DNA of 64,000 nucleotides from contig CAWGAA010000001.1 of the NCBI GenBank assembly GCA_963820525.1, positions 512,001-576,000 of the forward strand, in the 5' to 3' direction. Positions within the stretch are counted from its first letter, which is position 1, and every line of letters starts with the position of its first letter. The position numbers were made by a program, and so were the translations under genes. The DNA comes from an uncultured Spirochaetota bacterium. Lineage in GTDB: Bacteria; Spirochaetota; Spirochaetia; SZUA-6; Fen-1364. Below the pieces are notes generated by a model. That model ran no database searches and was not told the origin of the DNA. It saw only the letters and a program-made list of their open reading frames with translations. Positions 53,023 to 62,843 of the stretch are shown here, piece by piece.

Positions 53023-56000
53023 GTTTGCTCGCCGCACTCGATCTCCTTGCCGCCCCGCTGGGGCTTCTTCCACTCCCACGAGACCGCGAGGGTCTCGGCC
53101 TTCAAGTGATCCGCAAACCTTTCAACGGCGCTTCGAACCGCTTCGGGGCCGTGGAGGGCAAGCTCGACCCTATCGGTCACTTCGAGGCCGATCTCCTTCC
53201 TGATGTTCTGGATGCCGCGGATCATGTCGCGCACCAATCCCTCGTCGATGAGCTCCTGGGTCAGCTGCGGGTCGAGGGCGACGGTGAGGGAGCCGTCGTT
53301 TATCACCTTGAGGTTCGCCTTCTCCAGCCTCTGGATCTCGACCTCCTCGGGGGCAAGGGGGAACTGCCTCTCTCCCAGCTCGACGGAGACCGCCTCCTTG
53401 CCCAACAGCCGGCGGATGTCACCCTGGGAGAGCTTCTCGATGCGGTCCGCCGCGGCTTTCATGTCCTTTCCCAGGCGCTTTCCCAGAAGCCGGAAGTTGG
53501 CCTTGGCCTTGTATTCGACAAGGTCCTCCTCGTTCTCGCCCAGGATCACGCTCTTCACGTTGAGCTCTTCCTTGATCAGCTCTTCCATCTCCTGGAGGAT
53601 CCGCCTCTCGGCGGCGTCCCGGGTGACGAGGTGAAGCGCCGTGAGGGGCTGGCGGATCTTCAGCGAGTACTCGGTTCGGAGGCTGCGCCCCATGGACACG
53701 GCCTTCACCGCCGCCTGCATCTTGCGCTCCAGCTCCGGGTCTCTGAGCCTCTCGTTGTAGACGGGGTAGTCCGCGAGGTGGATCGACTCGGGCATGCCGG
53801 GGGCCTTGAGGTTTCTGTAGATCTCTTCGGTGACAAATGGAATGAAGGGGGCTGCCACCAGGATGAGCTTCATCAGGGCCGTGGAGAGGCTCTGATAGGC
53901 CTGGCGCTTGTCAAGGTCGTTTCCCGACTTCCAGAACCTCCTGCGGGAGCGGCGGATGTACCAGTTTGTGAGAAGGTCGAGGAAGACAACGAAGCGGTCC
54001 ACGGCCTTCTGCAGATCGTAGAGCTCCATCTGCTCGGTCACGTCCTTGACCATGCTTTCGGCCTCCGAGATGATCCAGCGGTCAAGCGCGTTGGACGGGG
54101 CCTCGGGGGCTCCCTGGACCGTGATCCCGTCGATGTTGGCGTACGTCACGAAGAAGCTGTAGGCGTTCCACAGGGGGATCAGGACGTTCTTCACCACTTC
54201 CTTGACTCCCGCCTCCGAGAAGCGGAGGTCCTCGGCCCGGAGCACCGCCGAATCGACGAGGAACAGCCGCATGGCGTCCGCGCCGTAGGTATCGATCACC
54301 TCCACGGGATCCGTGTAGTTCCTGGCGCTCTTGGACATCTTCTTGCTTTCCGAGTCCAGGATGAGCCCGCTCACGATGACGTGCTCGAAGGCCGGCTTGT
54401 TGCACAGGGCGGCGGCAAGCACGGTGAGGGTGTAGAACCATCCCCGCGTCTGGTCGATCGATTCGGAGATGAAGTCCGCTGGGAAATGGGCGTCGAAGTG
54501 CTCCCTGTTCTCGAAGGGGTAGTGGTTCTGGCCGTAGGGCATTGCCCCGGATTCGAACCAGCAGTCGAGGACCTCGGGGATCCTCTTCATCGTCCCGCCG
54601 CACTCGCAGGGGAAGGTGAGCGCATCGATGAAATGCTTGTGCAGATCCGTGACCTTTGCGCCCGTGAGCTTCTCGAGCTCCGTTCGCGAGCCGATGCAGA
54701 TCGTTTTGCTGCAAGAGTCGCAGCGCCAGATCGGAAGGGGGTTTCCCCAGTAGCGGCTGCGGGAGATGGCCCAATCGCGGGCCCCCTCCAGCCATTTGCC
54801 GAACCTTCCTTCCTTGAGGTGGGACGGCATCCAGTAAATGGTGTCGTTGCCGGCAAGCATGACCGGCTTGATCTTCTCCAGAGCGACGAACCACGAGGAG
54901 ATGGCGCGGTAGATCAGGGGGCTTCCGCAGCGCCAGCAGTGGGGATAGCTGTGGCGGTAGGTGTCGTGGCGGACGAGCCGGTGGGCGGCCTTGAGGTCCT
55001 TGATGATGTTCTTGTCCGCGTCCTTGACGAACTGCCCGGCATAGGCGGCCGCCTCGCCCGTGAACCGGGCCTCCGCGTCCACGGGAACCACGGTGGGGAT
55101 CGCGGTGCCCTTCAGCAGGTTGTAGTCGTCCTCCCCGAAGCCCGGGGCGATATGCACGATCCCGGTCCCCTCTTCCGTGCTCAAGAAATCACCAATGAAG
55201 GTGCGAAACGCCCCCTTCTCCTTCAGCCCGGCGAAGAAGGGGAAAAGCGGAACGTACCCTTTTCCCGCAAGCTCGGAGCCCTTGGCCCGGGAGACGATCT
55301 CATACTCGGAGGGGCTCTTGTAATAGGCGGGGAGCCTCTCCTCCGCCAGGATGAACTTCTCCTGGCCGTCGCGAACCGTCACGTAGGTGATGTCCCTCCC
55401 CAGAGCCAGCGCAAGGTTCGACGGCAGGGTCCAGGGGGTCGTTGTCCACGCCAGGAACGAGGTGTCGGGTTGGCCCTCCAGGGGGAACGTGACCGTTATG
55501 GCGGGATCCGAAACATCGAGGTATCCGCCCAGGTTGAGCTCGAAGTTGGAGAGAGCCGTCGAGCATCGGGGGCAGTAGGGCAGGATGTAGTACCCCTCGT
55601 AGAGCAGGCCCTTCTTCCACAGCTCGCTCATGACCCACCAGATGGATTCCATGTAATCGGGGTCCATGGTCTTGTAGTCGTTGTCGAAATCGACCCACCG
55701 GCCCAGGCGCGTGATGGTCTTGCGCCATTCCTTTGTGTAGCGAAGGACAATGGACCGGCACGCCTCGTTGAACTTCGCCACGCCGTAGCTTTCGATCTCG
55801 CGCTTTCCCGAGATGCCCAGCTCCTTCTCCATCTCATACTCGACGGGCAGGCCGTGGCAGTCCCAGCCGAAGCGGCGCTCGACCTTGTAGCCCCGCATCG
55901 TCTGATAGCGGGGGATGACGTCCTTGACCGTGCTGGGAACGAAATGACCGTAATGGGGAAGGCCCGTGGCGAACGGGGGTCCGTCGTAGAAGACGAACTC

Positions 56001-56117
56001 CCGGCCGCCGTCGCGCTCGGCGATGGATTTCTTGAAGATGTCCCTCTCCTGCCAGAAAGCGAGTATCCCCTCTTCCATCTTCGGAAAGCTCACCTTGGCC
56101 TCGACCGGCTTGTACAA
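52983..56117 (-). CDS. ileS: Isoleucyl-tRNA synthetase (type 2)
   Basis: DGPPFATGLPHYGH, GWDCHGLP, WTTTPWTLP, DWAISR, KMSKS; IleRS2-type C-terminus. Confidence 0.97.
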   Translation of the reverse strand: MYKPVEAKVSFPKMEEGILAFWQERDIFKKSIAERDGGREFVFYDGPPFATGLPHYGHFVPSTVKDVIPRYQTMRGYKVERRFGWDCHGLPVEYEMEKELGISGKREIESYGVAKFNEACRSIVLRYTKEWRKTITRLGRWVDFDNDYKTMDPDYMESIWWVMSELWKKGLLYEGYYILPYCPRCSTALSNFELNLGGYLDVSDPAITVTFPLEGQPDTSFLAWTTTPWTLPSNLALALGRDITYVTVRDGQEKFILAEERLPAYYKSPSEYEIVSRAKGSELAGKGYVPLFPFFAGLKEKGAFRTFIGDFLSTEEGTGIVHIAPGFGEDDYNLLKGTAIPTVVPVDAEARFTGEAAAYAGQFVKDADKNIIKDLKAAHRLVRHDTYRHSYPHCWRCGSPLIYRAISSWFVALEKIKPVMLAGNDTIYWMPSHLKEGRFGKWLEGARDWAISRSRYWGNPLPIWRCDSCSKTICIGSRTELEKLTGAKVTDLHKHFIDALTFPCECGGTMKRIPEVLDCWFESGAMPYGQNHYPFENREHFDAHFPADFISESIDQTRGWFYTLTVLAAALCNKPAFEHVIVSGLILDSESKKMSKSARNYTDPVEVIDTYGADAMRLFLVDSAVLRAEDLRFSEAGVKEVVKNVLIPLWNAYSFFVTYANIDGITVQGAPEAPSNALDRWIISEAESMVKDVTEQMELYDLQKAVDRFVVFLDLLTNWYIRRSRRRFWKSGNDLDKRQAYQSLSTALMKLILVAAPFIPFVTEEIYRNLKAPGMPESIHLADYPVYNERLRDPELERKMQAAVKAVSMGRSLRTEYSLKIRQPLTALHLVTRDAAERRILQEMEELIKEELNVKSVILGENEEDLVEYKAKANFRLLGKRLGKDMKAAADRIEKLSQGDIRRLLGKEAVSVELGERQFPLAPEEVEIQRLEKANLKVINDGSLTVALDPQLTQELIDEGLVRDMIRGIQNIRKEIGLEVTDRVELALHGPEAVRSAVERFADHLKAETLAVSWEWKKPQRGGKEIECGEQTCTVSVKKAHGTT

Positions 56118-56249
56118 GACTCGCGGCCTCCTTGCCTGTTATATATGCTGAAAAAAAAGGGGGCGAGTCAAGGCACGCGCGGCGGCGGGAGGCATGTGGG
56201 TTGCTCTGCGTCGCGGGATCGTGATATCGTTTTTGGCGGACGGTGACGC

Positions 56250-57932
56250 GTGGCGGATACATTCTCCATCCTCGCCAGGCAGCTGAGCATGGCGGAAAGA
56301 AAGCTTCTGCTCTCCCGCATCATGGCCGCCGGCGTGCGGGAGGAGCCCCAGGAGCCGGACGCCGAAACGCCCCGCGAACCGCCTCCCCAGAGCGTCGATT
56401 CCGAATATGCAGGCCTGAGCTTCCTGGGCAAGCTGATCCTCCTGATAAAAAGCTTCTTCACCCGCAAGTCCACGTACGAGCTCACCGAGCAGCTCATCCT
56501 CAGGAGGATCCGGTGGGACATCGAGGCATCGGCGCCGGGCCTGATCGATTTCCGCGCCGAGGCTTTCACCGCCAAAATGAGGGCCGAAATGGAGGCAGTC
56601 AGGCCGTCGCTCTCCTTCTTCCGCGCCGTTCTCGACGGCACTGCGAAACAGCGGGACTTCATCGCCTTTCTCACGGGAATCGAGCTTGCCCCCCTGAACG
56701 AGCAGATCATGGCGGAAACGGATCCCCGCGCGATCTTCCAGGAGCCGTTCCTGGCCGAAGAGAGGGCGATACGCTCCGAGATGTGGGACCGCTTCGACAG
56801 GCTTCTCGCCGGCATTCCGCCGGACAGAAAGGCGAACGCCTACCGCGACATGCGGCGTCTCCATGCCTTCGAGGCTCTCGCTTCCCTGCGGATAGAGGAT
56901 TCCATCGCGCTGTTCCCGAAGGAGGGAGGCGGCCCCCGGCTCTTCGAGCTGGAAGCCCGGCTCATGCAGCTGTGCGACACCATGGCGGCCGTCGCGGATC
57001 CTCCCAGCCCCGTCGCCTGGAGCGCGCTTTTCCTCTTCCGTTCGAGCGAAGCTCTGGAAGACCCCGATTTCGACATGGAGAAGGGCTGCGTCGCGTTCAT
57101 CGCCCGGGCAGCCGCGGCCCGGCGCGCGATCCTGGATTTCGCGCACGGCGTGAATCTCACCAAGATCGTGCGCTACATATTAAAGGACATCTCGTATGTG
57201 CCGAATGAGCCGGGAGGGGGCGAAGAATGGTTCGTCCTGTTCCGCAGCTTCTGGGAGGACCGGATGGAGGAGGTCCTGCGGCGCTTCTCGCAGGATCGCA
57301 GGAAGCAGGCCTGCGTCACCGAGGCCCTCGAGTTTTTTGGGCTGCCCCGCCTCGCCTACCTCGAGAACTACCGCTCGGGGAGGTATGGAGACCATTTCGC
57401 CCCCCGTCATGAAACCTCGCTGGCCATTGTGCGGGCATTCTACGAATCCGTGTTCCAGCCCAAGATGGACAGGTACCTGAAAATCCTCAATATAAACGGT
57501 GATTTCTATAAGGAGGAGAACCGCGCGGCGTTCGCCGACTGCTACGAGAAGCTCGTGGGGGCCCGGGAGAAGCTCACCGAGCTGGACAGGCGGCTTTCAG
57601 CGGGGAGCGATCTCGGGGCGCGGATCGCCGAGCTCGCGGCGGAGAGCTCGTCGCTGGAGAGCCGCGGCAAGCTCGGCTCCCTGGCCAACGAGGCCAACCT
57701 GGAAGCCAGAAAGATCGTGGATACCGTGTACTCCACGCTCAACCAGCTCAGCCGCATCCTCTTCGGGCTTCTCTTCGGGGAAGCGGGCGGTCCCTACGAT
57801 TCCATCACGAACCTCAACACCATCGGGGGCCGGGAAAACCGTCTTATCCTGAAGGGCCTCGATGATGCGATACACTCCATCGATCGAGTCGCCGCGCTCC
57901 TTGCCGCGGTACGCGACGTGGAGATGGGATGA
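56250..57932 (+). CDS. Conserved hypothetical helical protein (DUF5312-like)
   Basis: 560-aa ORF; LS..ERK.LL.RI N-terminus, GGEEWF..F..FW, I.GDFYK; family assignment from recall only. Confidence 0.65.
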   Translation: MADTFSILARQLSMAERKLLLSRIMAAGVREEPQEPDAETPREPPPQSVDSEYAGLSFLGKLILLIKSFFTRKSTYELTEQLILRRIRWDIEASAPGLIDFRAEAFTAKMRAEMEAVRPSLSFFRAVLDGTAKQRDFIAFLTGIELAPLNEQIMAETDPRAIFQEPFLAEERAIRSEMWDRFDRLLAGIPPDRKANAYRDMRRLHAFEALASLRIEDSIALFPKEGGGPRLFELEARLMQLCDTMAAVADPPSPVAWSALFLFRSSEALEDPDFDMEKGCVAFIARAAAARRAILDFAHGVNLTKIVRYILKDISYVPNEPGGGEEWFVLFRSFWEDRMEEVLRRFSQDRRKQACVTEALEFFGLPRLAYLENYRSGRYGDHFAPRHETSLAIVRAFYESVFQPKMDRYLKILNINGDFYKEENRAAFADCYEKLVGAREKLTELDRRLSAGSDLGARIAELAAESSSLESRGKLGSLANEANLEARKIVDTVYSTLNQLSRILFGLLFGEAGGPYDSITNLNTIGGRENRLILKGLDDAIHSIDRVAALLAAVRDVEMG

Positions 57933-58029
57933 CGCCCGCGCCGGCGGCATGACGCCCATGCGGCCCGCCTTCCCGCTCACTTGAAATCCCCCACCGGCTC
58001 TGCTTAAATACCCCGGAGGAACCCACCCC

Positions 58030-59793
58030 ATGCAGAGATATCGAGAGCTCTGGCGCGACGCCGTCATGGCGTCCCTGATCCGGCTTGCCGGTGAGGCTGC
58101 GGCCGTCGAAACGGCAGGCGTCGTGACCGAGACCCCGCCAAACCCCGAGATGGGCGACATCGCTTTCCCCATGTTCCCTTATGCGCGGATTCTGCGCAAA
58201 CCCCCCCCGGCCATCGCGCAGGATGTCGCCCGAGAGCTCTCCTCCACGGGAGCCGTTCCGGCCGCGGCCCCCGGAGTCGCATCGGCTGCGGGCCCCTATG
58301 TCAACATCGCCCTCGACCACGCTTCCCTGATCACGGACATCCTGGCGCAGATCGAATCCGCCGGGGCCTCGTTCGGCGCGGGGGGGGCGCTTGCCGGTAC
58401 GAGGATCATGCTCGAGTTCTCCTGCCCGAACACGAACAAGCCGCTGCACCTCGGCCACCTTCGAAACGACGCCATTGGGGAGAGCCTCTCGCGGATACTC
58501 AGGGAAGCAGGCGCGCGCGTGCAGAAGGTCAACCTCATCAATGACAGGGGAGTCCACATCTGCCAGTCCATGCTCGCCTACCAGACGTTCGGCGGAGGCG
58601 CGACCCCCGAGAGCGCTTCGGTCAAGGGAGACCACTTCGTCGGCGACTTCTACGTGCGCTTCCACCAGTGGGCCAAGGACAACCCCGGGGCTGAGGAGAG
58701 CGTGCGGCGGATGCTCAGGGCGTGGGAAGACGGAGATCCCGAGGTCCGCGCCCTGTGGGCGAAAATGAACGGGTGGGTCATCTCGGGGATCGAGGAAACG
58801 TACCGCAGAACGGGAATCTCCTTCGACAAGGTCTACCGGGAAAGCGAGATCTTCGAGCTGGGGAGGTCCGAGGTGATGGCCGGCCTCGAGAAGGGGATTT
58901 TCCAGCGGGACCCCGACGGCTCGGTCTGGGCAGACCTGACCGAGAGGGGGCTGGACCGGGAGGTCCTCCTGCGCGCGGACGGAACGTCCCTCTACCTGAC
59001 CCAGGACATCGGGACGGCCATCGAGCGCTCGAGGGACTGGCCCTTCGACAGGCTCGTGTATGTCGTGGGCTCCGAGCAGAAGTATCACTTCCGCGTCCTG
59101 TTCCAGGTCCTGGATCTCCTGGGCTACGTCTGGGCGGGAAACCTCTTCCACCTCGCCTATGGAATGGTCCATCTGCCCGAGGGCAAAATGAAGTCGCGCG
59201 AGGGGACCGTCGTGGACGCAGATGACCTGCTGGACGAGCTGGAGAGGCTCGCCCGGGAGGAGATCAAGGGCAAGGAGAGGGAGGGAGAAGTCGGGGACCT
59301 CGAGAAAACGGCGCGCGAAGTGGCCATCGCAGCCCTGAACTACTACCTCCTGCAGATCTCGCCCCAGAAGGACATGACCTTCGACCCGAAGGAATCGATC
59401 TCCTTCAACGGCAACACGGGTCCCTATCTCCAGTACACCGGGGCGCGGATCTCCAGCATGATGAGAAAGTTCGAGCAGAGACGGGAGAGCTACGCCGGCG
59501 GCCGATACGATCCTTCCTCGCTCGCCCTGGCCGAGGAGTGGGAGATCGCCAAATCGCTGGCATCGCTTCCCGAGACGATCTTTGCCGCGGCACGGGACCT
59601 CAACCCTTCAGGAGTGGCCGTGTACCTCTACGAGCTGTGCAAGAGCTTCAGCCGCTATTACCAGGATCATCCCGTGCTCAGGAACGAGGACTCAAGCCTC
59701 GTCGTATCGCGGATCGCGCTGGTGAAAGCGGTCCTGCAGGTGCTCACGAATGGCTTCCGGCTCCTGGGGATCCCGTTCCTCGAGGCGATGTGA
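58030..59793 (+). CDS. argS: Arginyl-tRNA synthetase
   Basis: PNTNKPLHLGHLRN, NDRG, R.DGT..Y, KMKSREG, GNTGPYLQY. Confidence 0.97.
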   Translation: MQRYRELWRDAVMASLIRLAGEAAAVETAGVVTETPPNPEMGDIAFPMFPYARILRKPPPAIAQDVARELSSTGAVPAAAPGVASAAGPYVNIALDHASLITDILAQIESAGASFGAGGALAGTRIMLEFSCPNTNKPLHLGHLRNDAIGESLSRILREAGARVQKVNLINDRGVHICQSMLAYQTFGGGATPESASVKGDHFVGDFYVRFHQWAKDNPGAEESVRRMLRAWEDGDPEVRALWAKMNGWVISGIEETYRRTGISFDKVYRESEIFELGRSEVMAGLEKGIFQRDPDGSVWADLTERGLDREVLLRADGTSLYLTQDIGTAIERSRDWPFDRLVYVVGSEQKYHFRVLFQVLDLLGYVWAGNLFHLAYGMVHLPEGKMKSREGTVVDADDLLDELERLAREEIKGKEREGEVGDLEKTAREVAIAALNYYLLQISPQKDMTFDPKESISFNGNTGPYLQYTGARISSMMRKFEQRRESYAGGRYDPSSLALAEEWEIAKSLASLPETIFAAARDLNPSGVAVYLYELCKSFSRYYQDHPVLRNEDSSLVVSRIALVKAVLQVLTNGFRLLGIPFLEAM

Positions 59794-60463
59794 GCACGTC
59801 CGTGATGACGAGCTCCCTGCCGGTGGAAAGGTAGCCGAGGCGCACGTAGCCCGTCCATTCTTCCCGCGAAACCAGGAAAAGAAACCTCCCGCTCCCACGG
59901 TTCCATGCGACCGCGTCTATCCTCAACAGTCCGGAAAGGAGGACCGGTTTCACCGCGTCGGAGACGAGGAGCCTCCCCTCGACCATCATCGCGCCGTCCC
60001 CCTGCTCGATCACGGTGAGCTCATCCACCCGCTTCTGGACGAAGAGCACGACCCAGACCTGCTCGTCCCCCGAATACGCGACGCCCCAGCCCGTCTGGGT
60101 CCAGTACGGCCTGAAGATCTCGGCCCTGTGGTCCGGGCTCTGAAGCCAGGCGGCCTCGATCCCGGAGAGGGATGCCCCCGCCCCGATGATCTCCCCGACG
60201 CGGGCGGACGTTCCTCCCATGCGCAGGCAGCGGGTGAGCGCATCGGAGCCGTCAGGACCGATGTGGGAGATGCGGCCCAGCGCGGCAAGCTGTCCGGCGT
60301 AGGCCTGAGCCGTTTCCATGAGGATCGTATCCATGCCCAGAGTTTGGACCGCGCCGCCGCGTATCCGGTTGAGCCAGGAGAGAGGGTCCTCTGAAGGCGC
60401 GGCCCCGGCCGCGGCGGCCGCCATGAGAGCCAGAAGAATGACGGGCAGGGGCGCTCTTTTCAT
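59744..60463 (-). CDS. Exported CAP/SCP-domain protein
   Basis: Signal peptide; LN.IR, AQ.YA, SH.G.DGS, GEIIG, W.QSPDH. Confidence 0.8.
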   Translation of the reverse strand: MKRAPLPVILLALMAAAAAGAAPSEDPLSWLNRIRGGAVQTLGMDTILMETAQAYAGQLAALGRISHIGPDGSDALTRCLRMGGTSARVGEIIGAGASLSGIEAAWLQSPDHRAEIFRPYWTQTGWGVAYSGDEQVWVVLFVQKRVDELTVIEQGDGAMMVEGRLLVSDAVKPVLLSGLLRIDAVAWNRGSGRFLFLVSREEWTGYVRLGYLSTGRELVITDVLTSPRGTGSPGAGSHS

Positions 60464-60473
60464 GAATACCGAG

Positions 60474-60503
60474 ATTCTATATAGTTATTCACGGCTTTTT
60501 CAA
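60474..60503 (-). promoter_or_regulatory. sigma70-type promoter for the CAP-domain gene
   Basis: TTGAAA-18 nt-TAGAAT. Confidence 0.5.
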
Positions 60504-60522
60504 GGAAAAACCCCGGAGAAAC

Positions 60523-62577
60523 ATGATGGCAGACCTCGACAGGATCCGCAACATCGGGATCATCGCACACATCGACGCCGGCAAGACCACGACCACGGAG
60601 CGAATCCTGTACTTCACGGGCAAGACCCACAGGATGGGAGAGGTCGACAACGGAGAAGCCACCATGGACTGGATGGACCAGGAGCAGGAGCGCGGCATCA
60701 CGATCACCGCCGCGGCCACAACCTGCTACTGGCGGGAGCGGCAGATCAACATCATCGACACGCCGGGCCACGTGGATTTCACGGCCGAGGTCGAGCGCAG
60801 CCTGCGCGTCCTGGACGGCGTCGTGGCCATCTTCGACGCCGTGGGGGGCGTGGAGCCCCAGTCCGAGACCGTCTGGCACCAGGCCGACCGCTATCGCGTG
60901 CCCAAGATCTCCTACGTCAACAAGATGGATCGCGTGGGGGCGAACTTCCCCGGAGTCCTGGAGGAGATGCGCGCGAAGCTCGCCACCCTGCCGCTTCCGC
61001 TGGAGATCCCCATCGGCAAGGAAGGCGAGTTCGAGGGGGTGATCGACCTCCTGGAAATGAAGGAGATCCGCTGGAGCTTCGAGGACCAGGGCGCCACACT
61101 CGACCGCACTGCCGTGGCGCCGTCACGAGAAGTTGAAGCCCGCGCGTGGCGCGAGAAGCTCATCGATAATCTGGGCAGCATCTCGGACGAGCTCACCGAG
61201 CTCTACCTCAAGGGGGGCGAGATCGGCGTGCCGCTCTTGAGGAAACTCATCAGGCAGGGGACGCTTGCCGGCTCATTCACGCCCGTGCTCTGCGGCGCGA
61301 GCCTCAGAAACATCGGCGTTCAGCCAGTCCTGGATGCCGTGGTGGACTTCCTGCCCTCCCCCCTCGACGTCCCGCCCGTCACGGGGCATCACGCCAAGAA
61401 GAACGACGCCGTGCAGGTCCCGTGCAAGCCCGAATCGTTCGCCCTGGCCCTGCTGTTCAAGCTCCAGGCCAACCGCGAGGCGGGAAACCTCTGCTATATA
61501 CGGATGTACTCGGGCCGGCTGAAGGAAGGCCAGACCGTGTACAACATCAACAAGAAAAAGAGGGAGAGAATCAACAGGCTCTTGCGGATGCATGCCAATC
61601 ACTCCGAGCAGCTCCCCCAGGTGGAAGCGGGGGATATCGCCGTGGTGATAGGGCTCAAGGGCTCCCAGACCGGAGATACCCTCGGCGTGGAAGCCTTCCC
61701 CATCCTTTTGGAGAAGATGCACTTCCCCGAGCCCGTCATCTCGGTGGCCATAGAGCCCAAGACCCTTTCGGAGCGCAAGAAGCTCTCCGACGTCCTCCAG
61801 ACCCTCTCCCTCGAGGATCCCACCTTCACGGTCAAGGAGAACGAAGAGACGGGAGAGCTCATCATCTCGGGCATGGGGGAGCTGCACCTGGACGTCCTGG
61901 TGACGAGGATGCTTCGCGAGTTCAAGGTGGAAGCCCGGGTGGGAAAGCCGCAGGTCTCCTACCGCGAGTCGATCACCAAGGCCGTCACCCATGTGGAGAA
62001 ATACCACAGGACCATGGCCGGCAAGGAGCACACGGCCCAGATCACGATCCGGGTGGAGCCCCTCGCCCGGGGAGAGGGAAACCGCTTCGTCTCGGAGCTT
62101 CCCGACGGGACCCTGCCCGATGAGCTCGTGGAGGCCGTGGAGAGGGGCGTCACGGCCGCATTCGGATCCGGGGTTGTCTACGGATACCCCGCATTCGATA
62201 TCGGCGTCGCCCTGACGGACGCCGAGTATCATCAGACTACCTCGACGCCCATCGCCTTCGAGGCCGCGGGGGCCATGGCCTTCGACGCGGCCTGCCGCAA
62301 GGCGGATCCCATACTCCTGGAGCCGATCATGGCCGTGGACGTCCTGACCCCGTCCGAGTTCCTCGGTGAGGTGATTGGAAACCTCAACGCGCGGCAGGGG
62401 CTGATCGTGAGCGTGGAGAGCAAGCCCGGCCACGACCACGTGAAGGCCCAGGCCCCCCTGGTGGCAATGTTCGGCTATTCCACCAGCCTGCGCAGCATCA
62501 CCCAGGGCCGGGCCACCTTCACCATGGAGTTCTCCCACTTCGCCGAGAAGGTGGGGGGCTTCGGAAACGGGGGTTGA
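60523..62577 (+). CDS. fusA: Elongation factor G paralog (probable recycling-type spdEF-G2)
   Basis: AHIDAGKTT, ERGITI, DTPGH, NKMD, GMGELHL, PQVSYRE; domain IV loop YHQTTST instead of HDVDSS. Confidence 0.9.
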   Translation: MMADLDRIRNIGIIAHIDAGKTTTTERILYFTGKTHRMGEVDNGEATMDWMDQEQERGITITAAATTCYWRERQINIIDTPGHVDFTAEVERSLRVLDGVVAIFDAVGGVEPQSETVWHQADRYRVPKISYVNKMDRVGANFPGVLEEMRAKLATLPLPLEIPIGKEGEFEGVIDLLEMKEIRWSFEDQGATLDRTAVAPSREVEARAWREKLIDNLGSISDELTELYLKGGEIGVPLLRKLIRQGTLAGSFTPVLCGASLRNIGVQPVLDAVVDFLPSPLDVPPVTGHHAKKNDAVQVPCKPESFALALLFKLQANREAGNLCYIRMYSGRLKEGQTVYNINKKKRERINRLLRMHANHSEQLPQVEAGDIAVVIGLKGSQTGDTLGVEAFPILLEKMHFPEPVISVAIEPKTLSERKKLSDVLQTLSLEDPTFTVKENEETGELIISGMGELHLDVLVTRMLREFKVEARVGKPQVSYRESITKAVTHVEKYHRTMAGKEHTAQITIRVEPLARGEGNRFVSELPDGTLPDELVEAVERGVTAAFGSGVVYGYPAFDIGVALTDAEYHQTTSTPIAFEAAGAMAFDAACRKADPILLEPIMAVDVLTPSEFLGEVIGNLNARQGLIVSVESKPGHDHVKAQAPLVAMFGYSTSLRSITQGRATFTMEFSHFAEKVGGFGNGG

Positions 62578-62633
62578 GCCCGGGCTCGGGCGGGCGGCCT
62601 GAGCCGTCTTCGCGGCGGGGTACCACCGCGGGG

Positions 62634-62756
62634 TTAGCGCGGCTCTTCGCCGGGAGTATCCAGGACGTCTCGAACCTTCCGGATCAAATCCGCCGAGGTG
62701 AACGGCTTGGGAAGGAAGGAGATTCCGGGGCTCAGCACGCCGTGCTGCATGATGGC
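62634..62756 (-). pseudogene. Remnant of a receiver (REC) domain C-terminus
   Basis: AIMQHGVLSPGISFLPKPFTSADLIRKVRDVLD..stop; similarity ends abruptly upstream. Confidence 0.65.
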
Positions 62757-62783
62757 GCCGGCGCGACCTCGGCGAGGGCCGCC

Positions 62784-62812
62784 TTGACAAATGGCCGCTG
62801 ACGGAATAGAGT
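62784..62812 (+). promoter_or_regulatory. sigma70-type promoter for the second EF-G gene
   Basis: TTGACA-17 nt-TAGAGT; SD TAAGGAG follows. Confidence 0.65.
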
Positions 62813-62843
62813 ACGCAAATCCTCACACCGTAAGGAGTTCACC

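Noticed and set aside
52917..56246. 1109-aa plus-strand ORF
   Set aside because: Antisense shadow of ileS; stop-poor reverse frames are expected at this GC content and no motifs are recognisable
56118..56249. Possible T-box leader upstream of ileS
   Set aside because: The intergenic region is short, shared with a divergent gene, and lacks the T-box motif and terminator
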